From Planctomycetales bacterium (GTDB lineage: Bacteria > 4484-113 > JAFGCY01), in assembly GCA_022646745.1 (NCBI GenBank), contig CP060262.1, forward strand, positions 570,001 through 602,000: a stretch of 32,000 bases of DNA, read 5' to 3'. Each line of letters opens with the position of its first letter. Positions within the stretch are counted from its first letter, which is position 1. The position numbers and the translations under genes are program-made. Below, piece after piece: positions 7,269-15,694 of the stretch. Under the pieces are notes generated by a model. The model made no database searches and was not told the DNA's origin. It worked only from the letters and a program-made list of their open reading frames with translations.

Positions 7269-9617
7269 TTATTCGAACACGGCACTCACCAGATTGTCCT
7301 TGTCACCGGGCAGCAATGCGATGGGCACCCCGTCCACTGACAGGCAGATATTGCTGTACTTTGCAAATCCATCCAGCAGATTGCTGTCCAGCTCACGGTT
7401 CAGCACATAGGGCGCCTGCCAGCTGCTGCCTTCCGCGTCACGGGCGATGAACAGGCAGAGCTGCCCGAATATCTTGTACTGGTAGGGATTGCCAATTGCG
7501 GCAATCGCCGGCACGCCGCCATAGTCAACCAGGTTGCCAGGGCCACGGGCCATGAAGGCCCCGGTATAGCTCGGCTCTGACCACGTACCGCCATCCTCGG
7601 AGATACAGCGCGAAAATGCCAGCTTGTCACGCCGCTTGAGCTGGTCCATCCTGTCATCCACCATGGCCAACGCTGGCTTGCCACCGATGATTGACATGTC
7701 CAGCACACTAATACCGAACTGTGGGTTCCTGGCAACAAGCACCGGGCTGTCCCAGCTGCCGCCGGAAGCCTCGCTGGCCTTCATGAAATAGACCGCCTGG
7801 AACTCACCGGGCACCCGGGTTGACCAGGCAAGGCAAGGCATTCCGTCCCAGTCCGTCAACCGCACAGTTACCGTATCCTCATGGGCATCCAAGGCCCCCA
7901 GCTCGACTGCGGCATTCCACTGGTTGCCACTGCCATCCACTGCACTGCGGAAGTACCAGTTGTCACTGGAGCTGATGCTCTCGTACACGATCACCGGTCT
8001 GCCTGCAACCAGCTCGACCTGCACTGAGTCCAGCGCAAGCTGTCCACTGATGCTGAAGCATGCCACGGGGTTGCTCCAGGCCAGTCCCTCTGCGCTTTCC
8101 GCTTCACTCATGTAAACGACTGTCTCGAATGAATCCTCAATGTACTGGGAGAAGTAAACCTGCGGCCTGCCGGAATGCTCCAGCAGTCCCAGTGAATTCA
8201 GGCTGGCCTGCCCGGTCAGCGGCGCAGCCACAAGCTGTGGACCGCCACTGAAACTGGCGGCAGCGCCGTCCGCAGCCCGCCAGTAGACCACGCTTGCGTT
8301 GTCAGGCCATCCCTGCGTAATGAGCGCCGGATACCCCGCGACCACGGCAATGCTGGGCCTCTTGTCAAACTGCTGCAGCTTACCGTCATCCTGTACCACA
8401 GTTGGATGCCAGCCTGCCGCGCTCTCCGTCACCAGCAGCTGCCGAATGTCCTCGGACATGTTGAAATTGGCATCGACCACCTGCAGGCGGACTTCATACA
8501 GGCCGGACTGCGAAAAGCTGTGGCTGAACTGGGGCTGGGTGGAATCACCGAGCGGATGCTCGTCCACGAACCAGTAGTAATGCTCAATCGGCGCGTTCCC
8601 CGGCGTACTGCCGGAGGCATCAAACAGCACATCCTCACCGGCAACGGCCCTGAAGGCATCACCCACACTCATCACGGCCTGCGGCGGTGCCGTGGCATAT
8701 TCGCCGAGCCAGACACGGTCCAGGTACTGCTTGAACACGTCACCACTGCCGGATGTCACGGTAATGCGCGGCCGGTATTCTCCTGCGGCCGGCATCTCCC
8801 AGTGCGCAGTGAAGGACACATTGTCTCCTCCTGCGGGCTGCGAGACATAGTCCGGCTGCGCATCGTTATTGAAGTCGATCTCGATCGTATCCAGGCCAGC
8901 ATAAGCCGGATCAGCGTCGGCATTCACGTGCATGCTGGCAGCCAGGTCCCCGATGCCGCCCTGCAGCGGGCTGACTGTCATGTATGAACTGATCTGGGGC
9001 CTGAAGCTGCGACCGAAGCGCAGCCAGCGCAGCGTCATCTCGCTGGCCTCCGTTGCCAGGATGCCGAATGTCATCACCCTGTACTGGTTGCTGTAGTCAT
9101 GCCAGTTGCCGAACCAGGCATCGTAGGTATCGTCCTGTGCCCGGTACTGCAGCGGGAAGGAGTCCCAGCGGCCGGTGCTGTAGTTGGCAATCACTAGGAA
9201 GCTGCCGGCCTGCACGTTCTCCTCATCAATGCCGAGGGTGAGGATCGGGTCGTAGGTCGGCTGGTCTGCATATGTGCGTTCGGTATAGACCTGCCAGAGG
9301 GCAAATGCCGGGCCGGGGCTTTCACTGTCCGGCATCAGGTGCAGTGACGAATCAGGATTGTCGACGCTGAGGTTGCGGCTGGCCAGCCCCGGATCGAAGT
9401 CAATCGCCTGCAGCAGGTTCTCCTGCTGGTTGACCCGGATGGATGGCTCACGCTCCAGCTCCTCCAGGCCTGGCAAGTGGAATGACACAGGAGTGGACTG
9501 CAGCACCGCTGGAGCCTCGACTGCCGGCTGGCTGTTGCCACCACAGGCTGCCAGCACTGCCAGGGAGAAAATGACGACGCAGCATGTGAGCAAGCCGCTT
9601 CTAGAAGTAATAGCCAT
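7269..9617 (-). CDS. large lipoprotein, paralogue 1: N-module, 2 Ig/PKD-like units, Asp-box (BNR-type) beta-propeller
   Basis: 782 aa. Signal peptide with lipobox LAAC. One PKD unit reads VLFDASGSTPGNAPIEHYYWFVDE...YEVRLQVVDANFN. Six Asp-box-like motifs are present (e.g. SEDGGTWSEP, VDGSGNQWNAA, ASGGSWDSP), alternating with G-x-P-A/V-hydrophobic strands. GAAGGG SD lies 7 nt upstream. Confidence 0.85.
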   Translation of the reverse strand: MAITSRSGLLTCCVVIFSLAVLAACGGNSQPAVEAPAVLQSTPVSFHLPGLEELEREPSIRVNQQENLLQAIDFDPGLASRNLSVDNPDSSLHLMPDSESPGPAFALWQVYTERTYADQPTYDPILTLGIDEENVQAGSFLVIANYSTGRWDSFPLQYRAQDDTYDAWFGNWHDYSNQYRVMTFGILATEASEMTLRWLRFGRSFRPQISSYMTVSPLQGGIGDLAASMHVNADADPAYAGLDTIEIDFNNDAQPDYVSQPAGGDNVSFTAHWEMPAAGEYRPRITVTSGSGDVFKQYLDRVWLGEYATAPPQAVMSVGDAFRAVAGEDVLFDASGSTPGNAPIEHYYWFVDEHPLGDSTQPQFSHSFSQSGLYEVRLQVVDANFNMSEDIRQLLVTESAAGWHPTVVQDDGKLQQFDKRPSIAVVAGYPALITQGWPDNASVVYWRAADGAAASFSGGPQLVAAPLTGQASLNSLGLLEHSGRPQVYFSQYIEDSFETVVYMSEAESAEGLAWSNPVACFSISGQLALDSVQVELVAGRPVIVYESISSSDNWYFRSAVDGSGNQWNAAVELGALDAHEDTVTVRLTDWDGMPCLAWSTRVPGEFQAVYFMKASEASGGSWDSPVLVARNPQFGISVLDMSIIGGKPALAMVDDRMDQLKRRDKLAFSRCISEDGGTWSEPSYTGAFMARGPGNLVDYGGVPAIAAIGNPYQYKIFGQLCLFIARDAEGSSWQAPYVLNRELDSNLLDGFAKYSNICLSVDGVPIALLPGDKDNLVSAVFE

Positions 9618-9692
9618 GACCCAGCCCTTCGGGTTGTATCCCCACTGAATTTACGCGGGCCGCATAACAGTCAAAGACCGCGCAACCCTCTG

Positions 9693-9721
9693 ATCATAGC
9701 AAGCCAGACCTCAAAGTGCAA
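9693..9721 (-). promoter_or_regulatory. candidate sigma70-type promoter for paralogue 1: TTGCAC-N17-TATGAT
   Basis: On the minus strand, -35 TTGCAC is at 9721-9716 and -10 TATGAT at 9698-9693. The same -35 hexamer and spacing occur upstream of paralogue 3. Confidence 0.35.
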
Positions 9722-9823
9722 TGAACACTTCCTCCTGGCTGGAGGTAAAGACTTCCCGAACTGTTTCCCTGCGGCTGCGCACAACAGCCATGCGAAAGCT
9801 GAATCAATCCGTGGCTGCCAGTC

Positions 9824-12190
9824 CTAGTAAAAGACGGCACCGACCACAGTTTCCGCAGCCTGCTGCAGCACCGCAGTTGGCACGCCATCCACCATCAGGC
9901 AGATCTCCCGCGGATAGAACACTGAGCCATAGTAGTCACTGTCCAATACCTGCTGGTCCACCACTGGGGGTGACCAGCGGGTTCCAAGCGGGTCCTCGGC
10001 AATGCTCATCGCGATGGACAGGCTGTCCCCGAAGCTGCCACCGCCGTCAAGGTATGGGTCAGCAATCATCACGATCGCCGGCAGGCCATCCAGCTCCAGC
10101 AAATTGCCGAAGAAGGCCATGCTCTCACGGCTGAACATGACGGGCGTGGACCATGTTTCCGCGTTGTCATCAAGCGCGGTAAGGTAACCCCCTCCGCCGT
10201 CCATCACCGGGCAGTCCCCAGCGAAGTATCCGCCGAAGTAAATCGCTGGCCGGCCATTGATGATCTCAAAGTCCAGCATGCTGAACACGCCGTAGTAGTC
10301 GTTCTCCATCGTGACGATGGCATCATTCCAGGCGCTGCCATCCTCCACACTGGCGGATGAGAAGCACAGTGTCTCAACGTTGTCAGCATCAGTCTGCTGC
10401 CAGGCCACACAGGGCTTGCCGTTCCATTCCGTCATGAAGGCATTGAAATCAGCAAACTGTGGATCAATCGGGCTGACCTGGGTTGCCGCATTCCAGTTAA
10501 GCCCCATTGCATCAGTGGCGCTGCGGTACTTCCAGACCTTGCCCTCGCCGGCCGCGCGGTAGAAGATCGCCGGCTTGCCCGCGATGACCTGCACGTCCAG
10601 TGAGTCAAGGTACTGGTCCGCGATGATGTCCTCCTCGGAGAAGCAGAGCTGCGGATCGGACCAGGTGCTGCCATGCACATCCGAAGCATATGTCACCAGC
10701 AGTTCGTCGTCAAACACCGGACTGCGGTCGCGGACGTAGAACACAGCCGGCTTGCCATTGATTTCCAGCAGACCGGCCGGGATGTTGCTGAAATTGTCAT
10801 CCGGCCCGAGCACGTCCACGGAGACCGTCGGCCAGCTGGAAGCCTCAGGATCCAGCGCGCGCAGGTAGTTGACCTGGCCCACCGGATACTCGGTCAGCAG
10901 GGCGGGATGCCCGGCGATCACAGCCAGCTCCCGGCGGTTCTCAAAACCCAGCAGTGAAGTCTCGCTGGAGGGAACCGATTGCCAGCCGTGCTCCACCTCG
11001 TTGACAAGCAGGCGCAACTCAGCTGAGCTCGTGTTGAAGTTGCCATCACTGACCCTGACGGACAGCCGGTAGCTGCCGGCCATCGGGAAGCTGTATTCAA
11101 ACACGGGCTCAGTACTGCTGCCCAGCCGACGGCCGTTGATGAACCAGTCATAGCCGCTGATCGGGGAACTTCCCGCCGCGCTGGCGCTTGCATCAAACTG
11201 GATCAGCTCATTGACAAGCCCGTATGGTGCGCCTGCCACCTGCAGGTCGGCCAGCGGGGGGTCAGTGCCGGGCTGGCCCAGCCAGGCATCCTCGAAATGC
11301 TCATACGTTTCCCCCGTCCCGGAGGTGATCAGCAGACGCGGTGTGTAGTGCCCCGGCTGCAGCAGGACGAAGGGTGCCTCCGATTCGTAGACACTCAGCG
11401 ATTTTGCCGCCAGCAGTTCGTCGATGCTGCCGTCATTGTCGTAGTCAACCTCGACACTGGCAATCCCGCCGAAGCGGTCATCTCCGGCCTCATAGACCCT
11501 GGCCCAGACGGACAGCTCGGCGCTTTCGGCCTGGCTGGCTGATTGCTGCAGCTCACAGTCGATCTCCGGCCGGAACAGTTCACCAAAGCGCAGGCGCTTG
11601 AGCCTGGCCGGGCCACTGCCCGTCACCAGCACACCGCAGAACATCGCGGCGAACTCGTTGTCACGGTCCTGCCAGCCGGAGAATTCCGCCCGGTAGTCAC
11701 CGCTTCCGGCATCAAGCAGCAACTCACTGATTTCCCAGCGTCCGCTGGCCAGGTTGGCGACCAGGAAGAAGGCCTGCGTACCCTCCGGGAATTCCGTGAA
11801 GGTAGCGTTCACCACCGGGTCGAGCGCCGGTCCCTCGGCATAGCTGCGCTCAATCGCCAGCCGGTAAAGCGCATAGGCATGGCCCGGTTGCGGATCACCG
11901 GGGCTGAGCACCGCCACCTTGGCGGACTTGTCCTCAAAGGCATTGCGATGCGGCAGCAGGCTGCAGAACTGGGTTCCGGAAATGCCGCGATCCTGCTGGT
12001 TGGCAACCGTACTCGGGTAACGCAGCAGCTCCGAAACCGCCGGCAGGCCCATAGCCCCATCATCCGTCCCGGCAATGACCGGCTGCAGTGCCGCATCGCT
12101 GCCGGTCCGGGGACCGGAAGATCCGCAGCCTGCGGCCAGCATTGCCAGCGCAAGCAGCACTCCCCCAAATGCAGTTCCCAGCCGGGTCAT
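9824..12190 (-). CDS. large lipoprotein, paralogue 2 (same architecture)
   Basis: 788 aa from the ATG at 12190 (MTRLGTAFGGVLLALAMLAAGC, lipobox LAAGC). AGGAG lies 5 nt upstream and overlaps the TAG stop of the upstream paralogue. Asp boxes include DVHGSTWSDP, VEDGSAWNDA and DDNAETWSTP. The longer ORF to 12241 would overlap the upstream gene. Confidence 0.85.
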   Translation of the reverse strand: MTRLGTAFGGVLLALAMLAAGCGSSGPRTGSDAALQPVIAGTDDGAMGLPAVSELLRYPSTVANQQDRGISGTQFCSLLPHRNAFEDKSAKVAVLSPGDPQPGHAYALYRLAIERSYAEGPALDPVVNATFTEFPEGTQAFFLVANLASGRWEISELLLDAGSGDYRAEFSGWQDRDNEFAAMFCGVLVTGSGPARLKRLRFGELFRPEIDCELQQSASQAESAELSVWARVYEAGDDRFGGIASVEVDYDNDGSIDELLAAKSLSVYESEAPFVLLQPGHYTPRLLITSGTGETYEHFEDAWLGQPGTDPPLADLQVAGAPYGLVNELIQFDASASAAGSSPISGYDWFINGRRLGSSTEPVFEYSFPMAGSYRLSVRVSDGNFNTSSAELRLLVNEVEHGWQSVPSSETSLLGFENRRELAVIAGHPALLTEYPVGQVNYLRALDPEASSWPTVSVDVLGPDDNFSNIPAGLLEINGKPAVFYVRDRSPVFDDELLVTYASDVHGSTWSDPQLCFSEEDIIADQYLDSLDVQVIAGKPAIFYRAAGEGKVWKYRSATDAMGLNWNAATQVSPIDPQFADFNAFMTEWNGKPCVAWQQTDADNVETLCFSSASVEDGSAWNDAIVTMENDYYGVFSMLDFEIINGRPAIYFGGYFAGDCPVMDGGGGYLTALDDNAETWSTPVMFSRESMAFFGNLLELDGLPAIVMIADPYLDGGGSFGDSLSIAMSIAEDPLGTRWSPPVVDQQVLDSDYYGSVFYPREICLMVDGVPTAVLQQAAETVVGAVFY

Positions 12191-12198
12191 TTCTGCTC

Positions 12199-14550
12199 CT
12201 ATTCGAACCTTGCGGTCACCACACCACCGACGCTGCTCCATAACAGTGCAGTCGGCACTCCGGCATTGTCAACACAGATTTCCGTCGGATGGATTACCGG
12301 GAAGTAGTAGTACCCGTCCACGCCGTACTGGGACATCTGCACCGGCGCTTTCCAGCTTGTTCCAGCGGAGTTCTCCGCCAGGTTCATGGCAAGCCGCAGG
12401 TCACCTGATGGATATGGATCGCCAATGGTCACGAGCGCAGGCTTGCCATCCAGCTCCATCAGCCTGCCCAGCTGGGGCTGGATCAGGCGCGAGAAGAATT
12501 TCGGCTCCGTCCATTCAGTGGCGAACTGGTCGGTGCAGGCCTGGTAGCCGAAGCGCTTGCTCATTTCCACGCAGTCGGGCCGGTAGCTGACAAAGTAGGC
12601 GATCGCAGGCAGTCCGTTGACAATCGCCAGGTCAAGGATATCGGCGCCTGAGCTGGAACCCTCCGAGTGCACGGCTTGCTCTTCGTTCCATGCTGATCCA
12701 TCAGAAGCGGATGCCGACATGAAGAAGAAGTCGTCCGTGTCGTCAAGCGACTGCTCTCCCCACGCCAGGCAGGGGCTGCCATCCCAGTCCGCCAGGTGCA
12801 CGCGCCGCTCAAGCGGCGAATCAACCTGGTCCAGCTCCGTGGCAGTGTTCCAGCCCGTGGCCGCCGCATCCACCGCAGAGCGGTAGCGGAATGCACTGTC
12901 TTCACCACCGAGCGCGTACAGCACCGCCGGGATGCCGCCGATCAAATGTACCTGCACTTCGCGGCTGAAGCCGTCAATGATGAACTCCGGCTCACTGAAG
13001 CAGACCTGCTCACTGCCCCAGCTGTCACCGGCGGCGTTGCTGCCCTGCACCATATACAGCTCGTCGTCTGATTCATCCGCATAGCTGCGAACAAAGAAAA
13101 CCGTCGGCAGTCCGCCGATCTCCAGCAGGCCGACTACCCGGTTGTCATATGTTCCGAACTGGACACTCGCTGCAATACTGGCAGTCGCCGGCCAGGAGGC
13201 ACCCTGTGCATCATTGGCACGCACGTATTGCACTGAACCCACTTCCGGCCCGGCCGTGGCCATGGCCGGATTGCCGGCAATGATACCGATCCGGCTGTGG
13301 TCCTGGAATCCCAGCAATGAAGTCTCATAGCTCACTGCAGGCTGCCAGCTGCGTTCATCCTCACTGACATTGATCTCCACGAAGGCAAATGCACGGTTGA
13401 AGCTGGCATCCTCAACGTAGACGGTGACCTCGTACCGGCCGGCGGTCTCGAAGGCATACTCGAGCACAGGGGTTTCCGTATGCGCCAGCCAGCGGTTCTC
13501 CACGCGCCAGCTGTAACCGGTGATGGCGCTGTCGCCGGGCAGGGAAGCCGAGGCATCAAATGTGATTTCCTCCCCGGGAGCATGGACGGGTCCACCAGAT
13601 GCAGTCAGCGAAGCCTGCGCAGCCGTGCTGCCTTCCTCGCCGAGCCAGACATTGTCAAGGTACTCGAAGACCGCACCGCTTTCGGATGTGACCACGATGC
13701 GCGGGTTATGTACACCCGGCTCGGGAACCATGTAGGTTTCAGTAGCGATGTACTTGTCCCCTTCTGAATTCTCTGCGAGGTTGTCAATCACACCGTCATT
13801 GTCGAAGTCAAACTCCACAGTGGAGATGCCTCCGTACTGCGGGTCTCCATCCGGATAGACCCAGGTATTCGCCTGCAGGTCCGCTGTCGCCCCCTGCTGG
13901 CTGGACAGCAGCATCTGCGTCTCAAGTGTGGGCCTGAAGCCATCGCCGAAGCGCATGCCGTTCAGCCGGGCGCTGATATCGCCTGCGGCGAGGATGCCGA
14001 AGGTCATCACGCTGTATTCGTTGTCGCGATAGTCCCAGGTGCCGAAGTCCGCATCGTACAGGCCGCTCTCGCTGTCCCGCTCCAGGGGGATCACCTGCCA
14101 GCGGTTCTGGCTGTAGTCCACGATCAGGAAGAAAAGCGGCCCGTTGCCAGCCACTTCCGTCAGGTTCATATGCACGATGGGCTGGTAGGCCGGGCTCTCT
14201 CTATAGCTGCGATCACGAAACATCTGGAAAAGCGCAAAGGAGATGCCGGGAGCCTCGCTGCCCGGTTCCAGCAGGATCGCATTCTGCTCCACCAGCTCCG
14301 TGATGTTGGCGTGCGGCAGGTGTGCACAGTAATCCATGCCGTCCAGCATGTTCTGCTGGTTGTTGACAACAGCCGCCGGTTCACGGTCCAGCAGCTCCAG
14401 TGTTGGCAGGCCACTTTCCACAACGGGAATGATCGCCGCCTGCATGCCACTGTCCCCCGGCTGGCTGCTGCCGCCACAGGAAGCAAACATCAGCAATGCC
14501 GCGGATGCAAGCATGCCGGGCAGCATGCCCCTGACTGTCCAAACTCGCAT
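12199..14550 (-). CDS. large lipoprotein, paralogue 3 (same architecture)
   Basis: 783 aa with lipobox FASC. PKD unit ITFDASASLPGDSAITGYSWRVEN...YEVTVYVEDASFN. Asp boxes ASDGSAWNEE, NAAGDSWGSE and NSAGTSWKAP. GAAGGA SD lies 7 nt upstream. Confidence 0.85.
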   Translation of the reverse strand: MRVWTVRGMLPGMLASAALLMFASCGGSSQPGDSGMQAAIIPVVESGLPTLELLDREPAAVVNNQQNMLDGMDYCAHLPHANITELVEQNAILLEPGSEAPGISFALFQMFRDRSYRESPAYQPIVHMNLTEVAGNGPLFFLIVDYSQNRWQVIPLERDSESGLYDADFGTWDYRDNEYSVMTFGILAAGDISARLNGMRFGDGFRPTLETQMLLSSQQGATADLQANTWVYPDGDPQYGGISTVEFDFDNDGVIDNLAENSEGDKYIATETYMVPEPGVHNPRIVVTSESGAVFEYLDNVWLGEEGSTAAQASLTASGGPVHAPGEEITFDASASLPGDSAITGYSWRVENRWLAHTETPVLEYAFETAGRYEVTVYVEDASFNRAFAFVEINVSEDERSWQPAVSYETSLLGFQDHSRIGIIAGNPAMATAGPEVGSVQYVRANDAQGASWPATASIAASVQFGTYDNRVVGLLEIGGLPTVFFVRSYADESDDELYMVQGSNAAGDSWGSEQVCFSEPEFIIDGFSREVQVHLIGGIPAVLYALGGEDSAFRYRSAVDAAATGWNTATELDQVDSPLERRVHLADWDGSPCLAWGEQSLDDTDDFFFMSASASDGSAWNEEQAVHSEGSSSGADILDLAIVNGLPAIAYFVSYRPDCVEMSKRFGYQACTDQFATEWTEPKFFSRLIQPQLGRLMELDGKPALVTIGDPYPSGDLRLAMNLAENSAGTSWKAPVQMSQYGVDGYYYFPVIHPTEICVDNAGVPTALLWSSVGGVVTARFE

Positions 14551-14583
14551 AACCCAGTCCTTCTTCGGGACTAACCCACTGTA

Positions 14584-14603
14584 TTGAAACTACTGTTGAA
14601 ACT
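14584..14603. repeat. direct repeat TTGAAACT x2 (12-nt period) in the leader of paralogue 3
   Basis: TTGAAACT occurs at 14584-14591 and 14596-14603. The repeat lies inside a segment absent from the otherwise homologous leader of paralogue 1. Confidence 0.3.
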
Positions 14604-14631
14604 GTGAAAATGGCCCGTCAATAACAGAAAC

Positions 14632-14660
14632 ATGGTATCAGCGAGGCAATTCCAGTGCAA
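14632..14660 (-). promoter_or_regulatory. candidate sigma70-type promoter for paralogues 3 and 2: TTGCAC-N17-TACCAT
   Basis: On the minus strand, -35 TTGCAC is at 14660-14655 and -10 TACCAT at 14637-14632. Confidence 0.3.
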
Positions 14661-14827
14661 GTAACAATATAAGGTGTCACTTGTACATACGGAAGTGTTT
14701 CCCGGTGTATATGCAGCCCAACATCCCATTGGTGCAACTGTTCCCGTTGTGTGCGTTTGGCATCCATTTCTTAATTGGAGAGCTCAGACCCGGCGCGCGG
14801 CACTGTGCCGACTGGTTCACAAGGCTG

Positions 14828-15613
14828 TCAGACTGCTGCCCATCGCCGTGGCAACCAGGAGGCAATAATCGCTGCAACAATCAAGGCCCCAAGCAGGATC
14901 AATGTGTACTCGATTCTCGCCGTTTCCATGAGCTGGATCGATCGCTCGTAGTAAAGGCCTGACTTCATCGCGTTCAAGTAGATCCTGAATGGCAGCAATG
15001 ACAGGTAATAAACCGAAAGATACAGAAGTGCCGCGAGCTGAATGCGAAGCCATGTATGGATCCCCGGCAGGTGAAGACTGACTGCTGCTGTGATGAAGCT
15101 CAGCAACATTGCCATGCAGCCGAGTGAAATTGTCAGCCAGGCAGCGAATTGACTCTGGTCTGGGTTGTTCTGATAAATGGGAATGATATAGTGAAGCTGT
15201 GACAGGATCGTAATTGGCAGCAGGTAAAACAGGAAGTTGCCAACTGAAACCCGTACGAAGCGATTGCGGATCAGCGCGAGTATCTGCCTGTCAGTGTACG
15301 CCCCTTTCAGCTCGGATGGGGGCCGCAGGTAATCCAGCTGAAAGCAGGTAAAGATGACAAGCAGGAGGGAGTGGACATAGCCGCCGTAGGGGTAGGCGTA
15401 CTCGAAGGGCAAGCCCTGCAGTAATCGATTCAGTTTCGATGCGAAGGGCAATTCTCCTGGCAGCCCGATGGCAAGCGCAACCAGCAGGTTGAATGCAAAG
15501 GACCCGATAACCCCCCACACAAGCCATCGATTGGCAGCGAACCATTTTGTCCTGCGCCATTTGAACCAGGTATCGAGACCCGTGCCACCGGCTGCTGGTA
15601 ATGCTCCGTCCAC
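14828..15613 (-). CDS. polytopic membrane protein (about 6 TM), function unknown; ABC-2-permease-like topology at best
   Basis: 261 aa with six long hydrophobic segments. GTG at 15613 is the only plausible start, because there is no internal Met before TM4. GC is visibly lower than in the flanks (100 of 200 nt counted from about 14866 are G or C). Confidence 0.7.
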   Translation of the reverse strand: MDGALPAAGGTGLDTWFKWRRTKWFAANRWLVWGVIGSFAFNLLVALAIGLPGELPFASKLNRLLQGLPFEYAYPYGGYVHSLLLVIFTCFQLDYLRPPSELKGAYTDRQILALIRNRFVRVSVGNFLFYLLPITILSQLHYIIPIYQNNPDQSQFAAWLTISLGCMAMLLSFITAAVSLHLPGIHTWLRIQLAALLYLSVYYLSLLPFRIYLNAMKSGLYYERSIQLMETARIEYTLILLGALIVAAIIASWLPRRWAAV

Positions 15614-15619
15614 CTTGCG

Positions 15620-15625
15620 ATTATA
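15620..15625 (-). promoter_or_regulatory. -10 hexamer TATAAT, 6 nt upstream of GTG 15613 (leaderless-type)
   Basis: The minus strand reads TATAAT-CGCAAG-GTG with no SD. Confidence 0.5.
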
Positions 15626-15642
15626 AGCGCCAGAAACGCAGT

Positions 15643-15667
15643 GAGGCCCGGGACATGCCCGGGCCTC
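15643..15667 (-). terminator. GC-rich hairpin downstream of the 637-aa lipoprotein gene
   Basis: 10-bp perfect stem GAGGCCCGGG / CCCGGGCCTC with a 5-nt loop. On the minus strand it is followed only by a short TTT tract. Confidence 0.5.
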
Positions 15668-15694
15668 GGTAGCTGCAATCTGCCGCTGATCAAC

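Noticed and set aside
7269-14550. Calling the three propeller lipoproteins sialidases / exo-alpha-sialidases.
   Set aside because: Asp-box repeats alone do not define catalysis. I could not find an FRIP motif or assign the Arg triad or the nucleophile Tyr/Glu, so only a BNR-type propeller fold is claimed.
14828-15613. The low-GC gene as evidence of a mobile element or genomic-island boundary.
   Set aside because: I see no flanking direct or inverted repeats, and no integrase, transposase or tRNA nearby. The compositional dip is confined to one membrane-protein gene.
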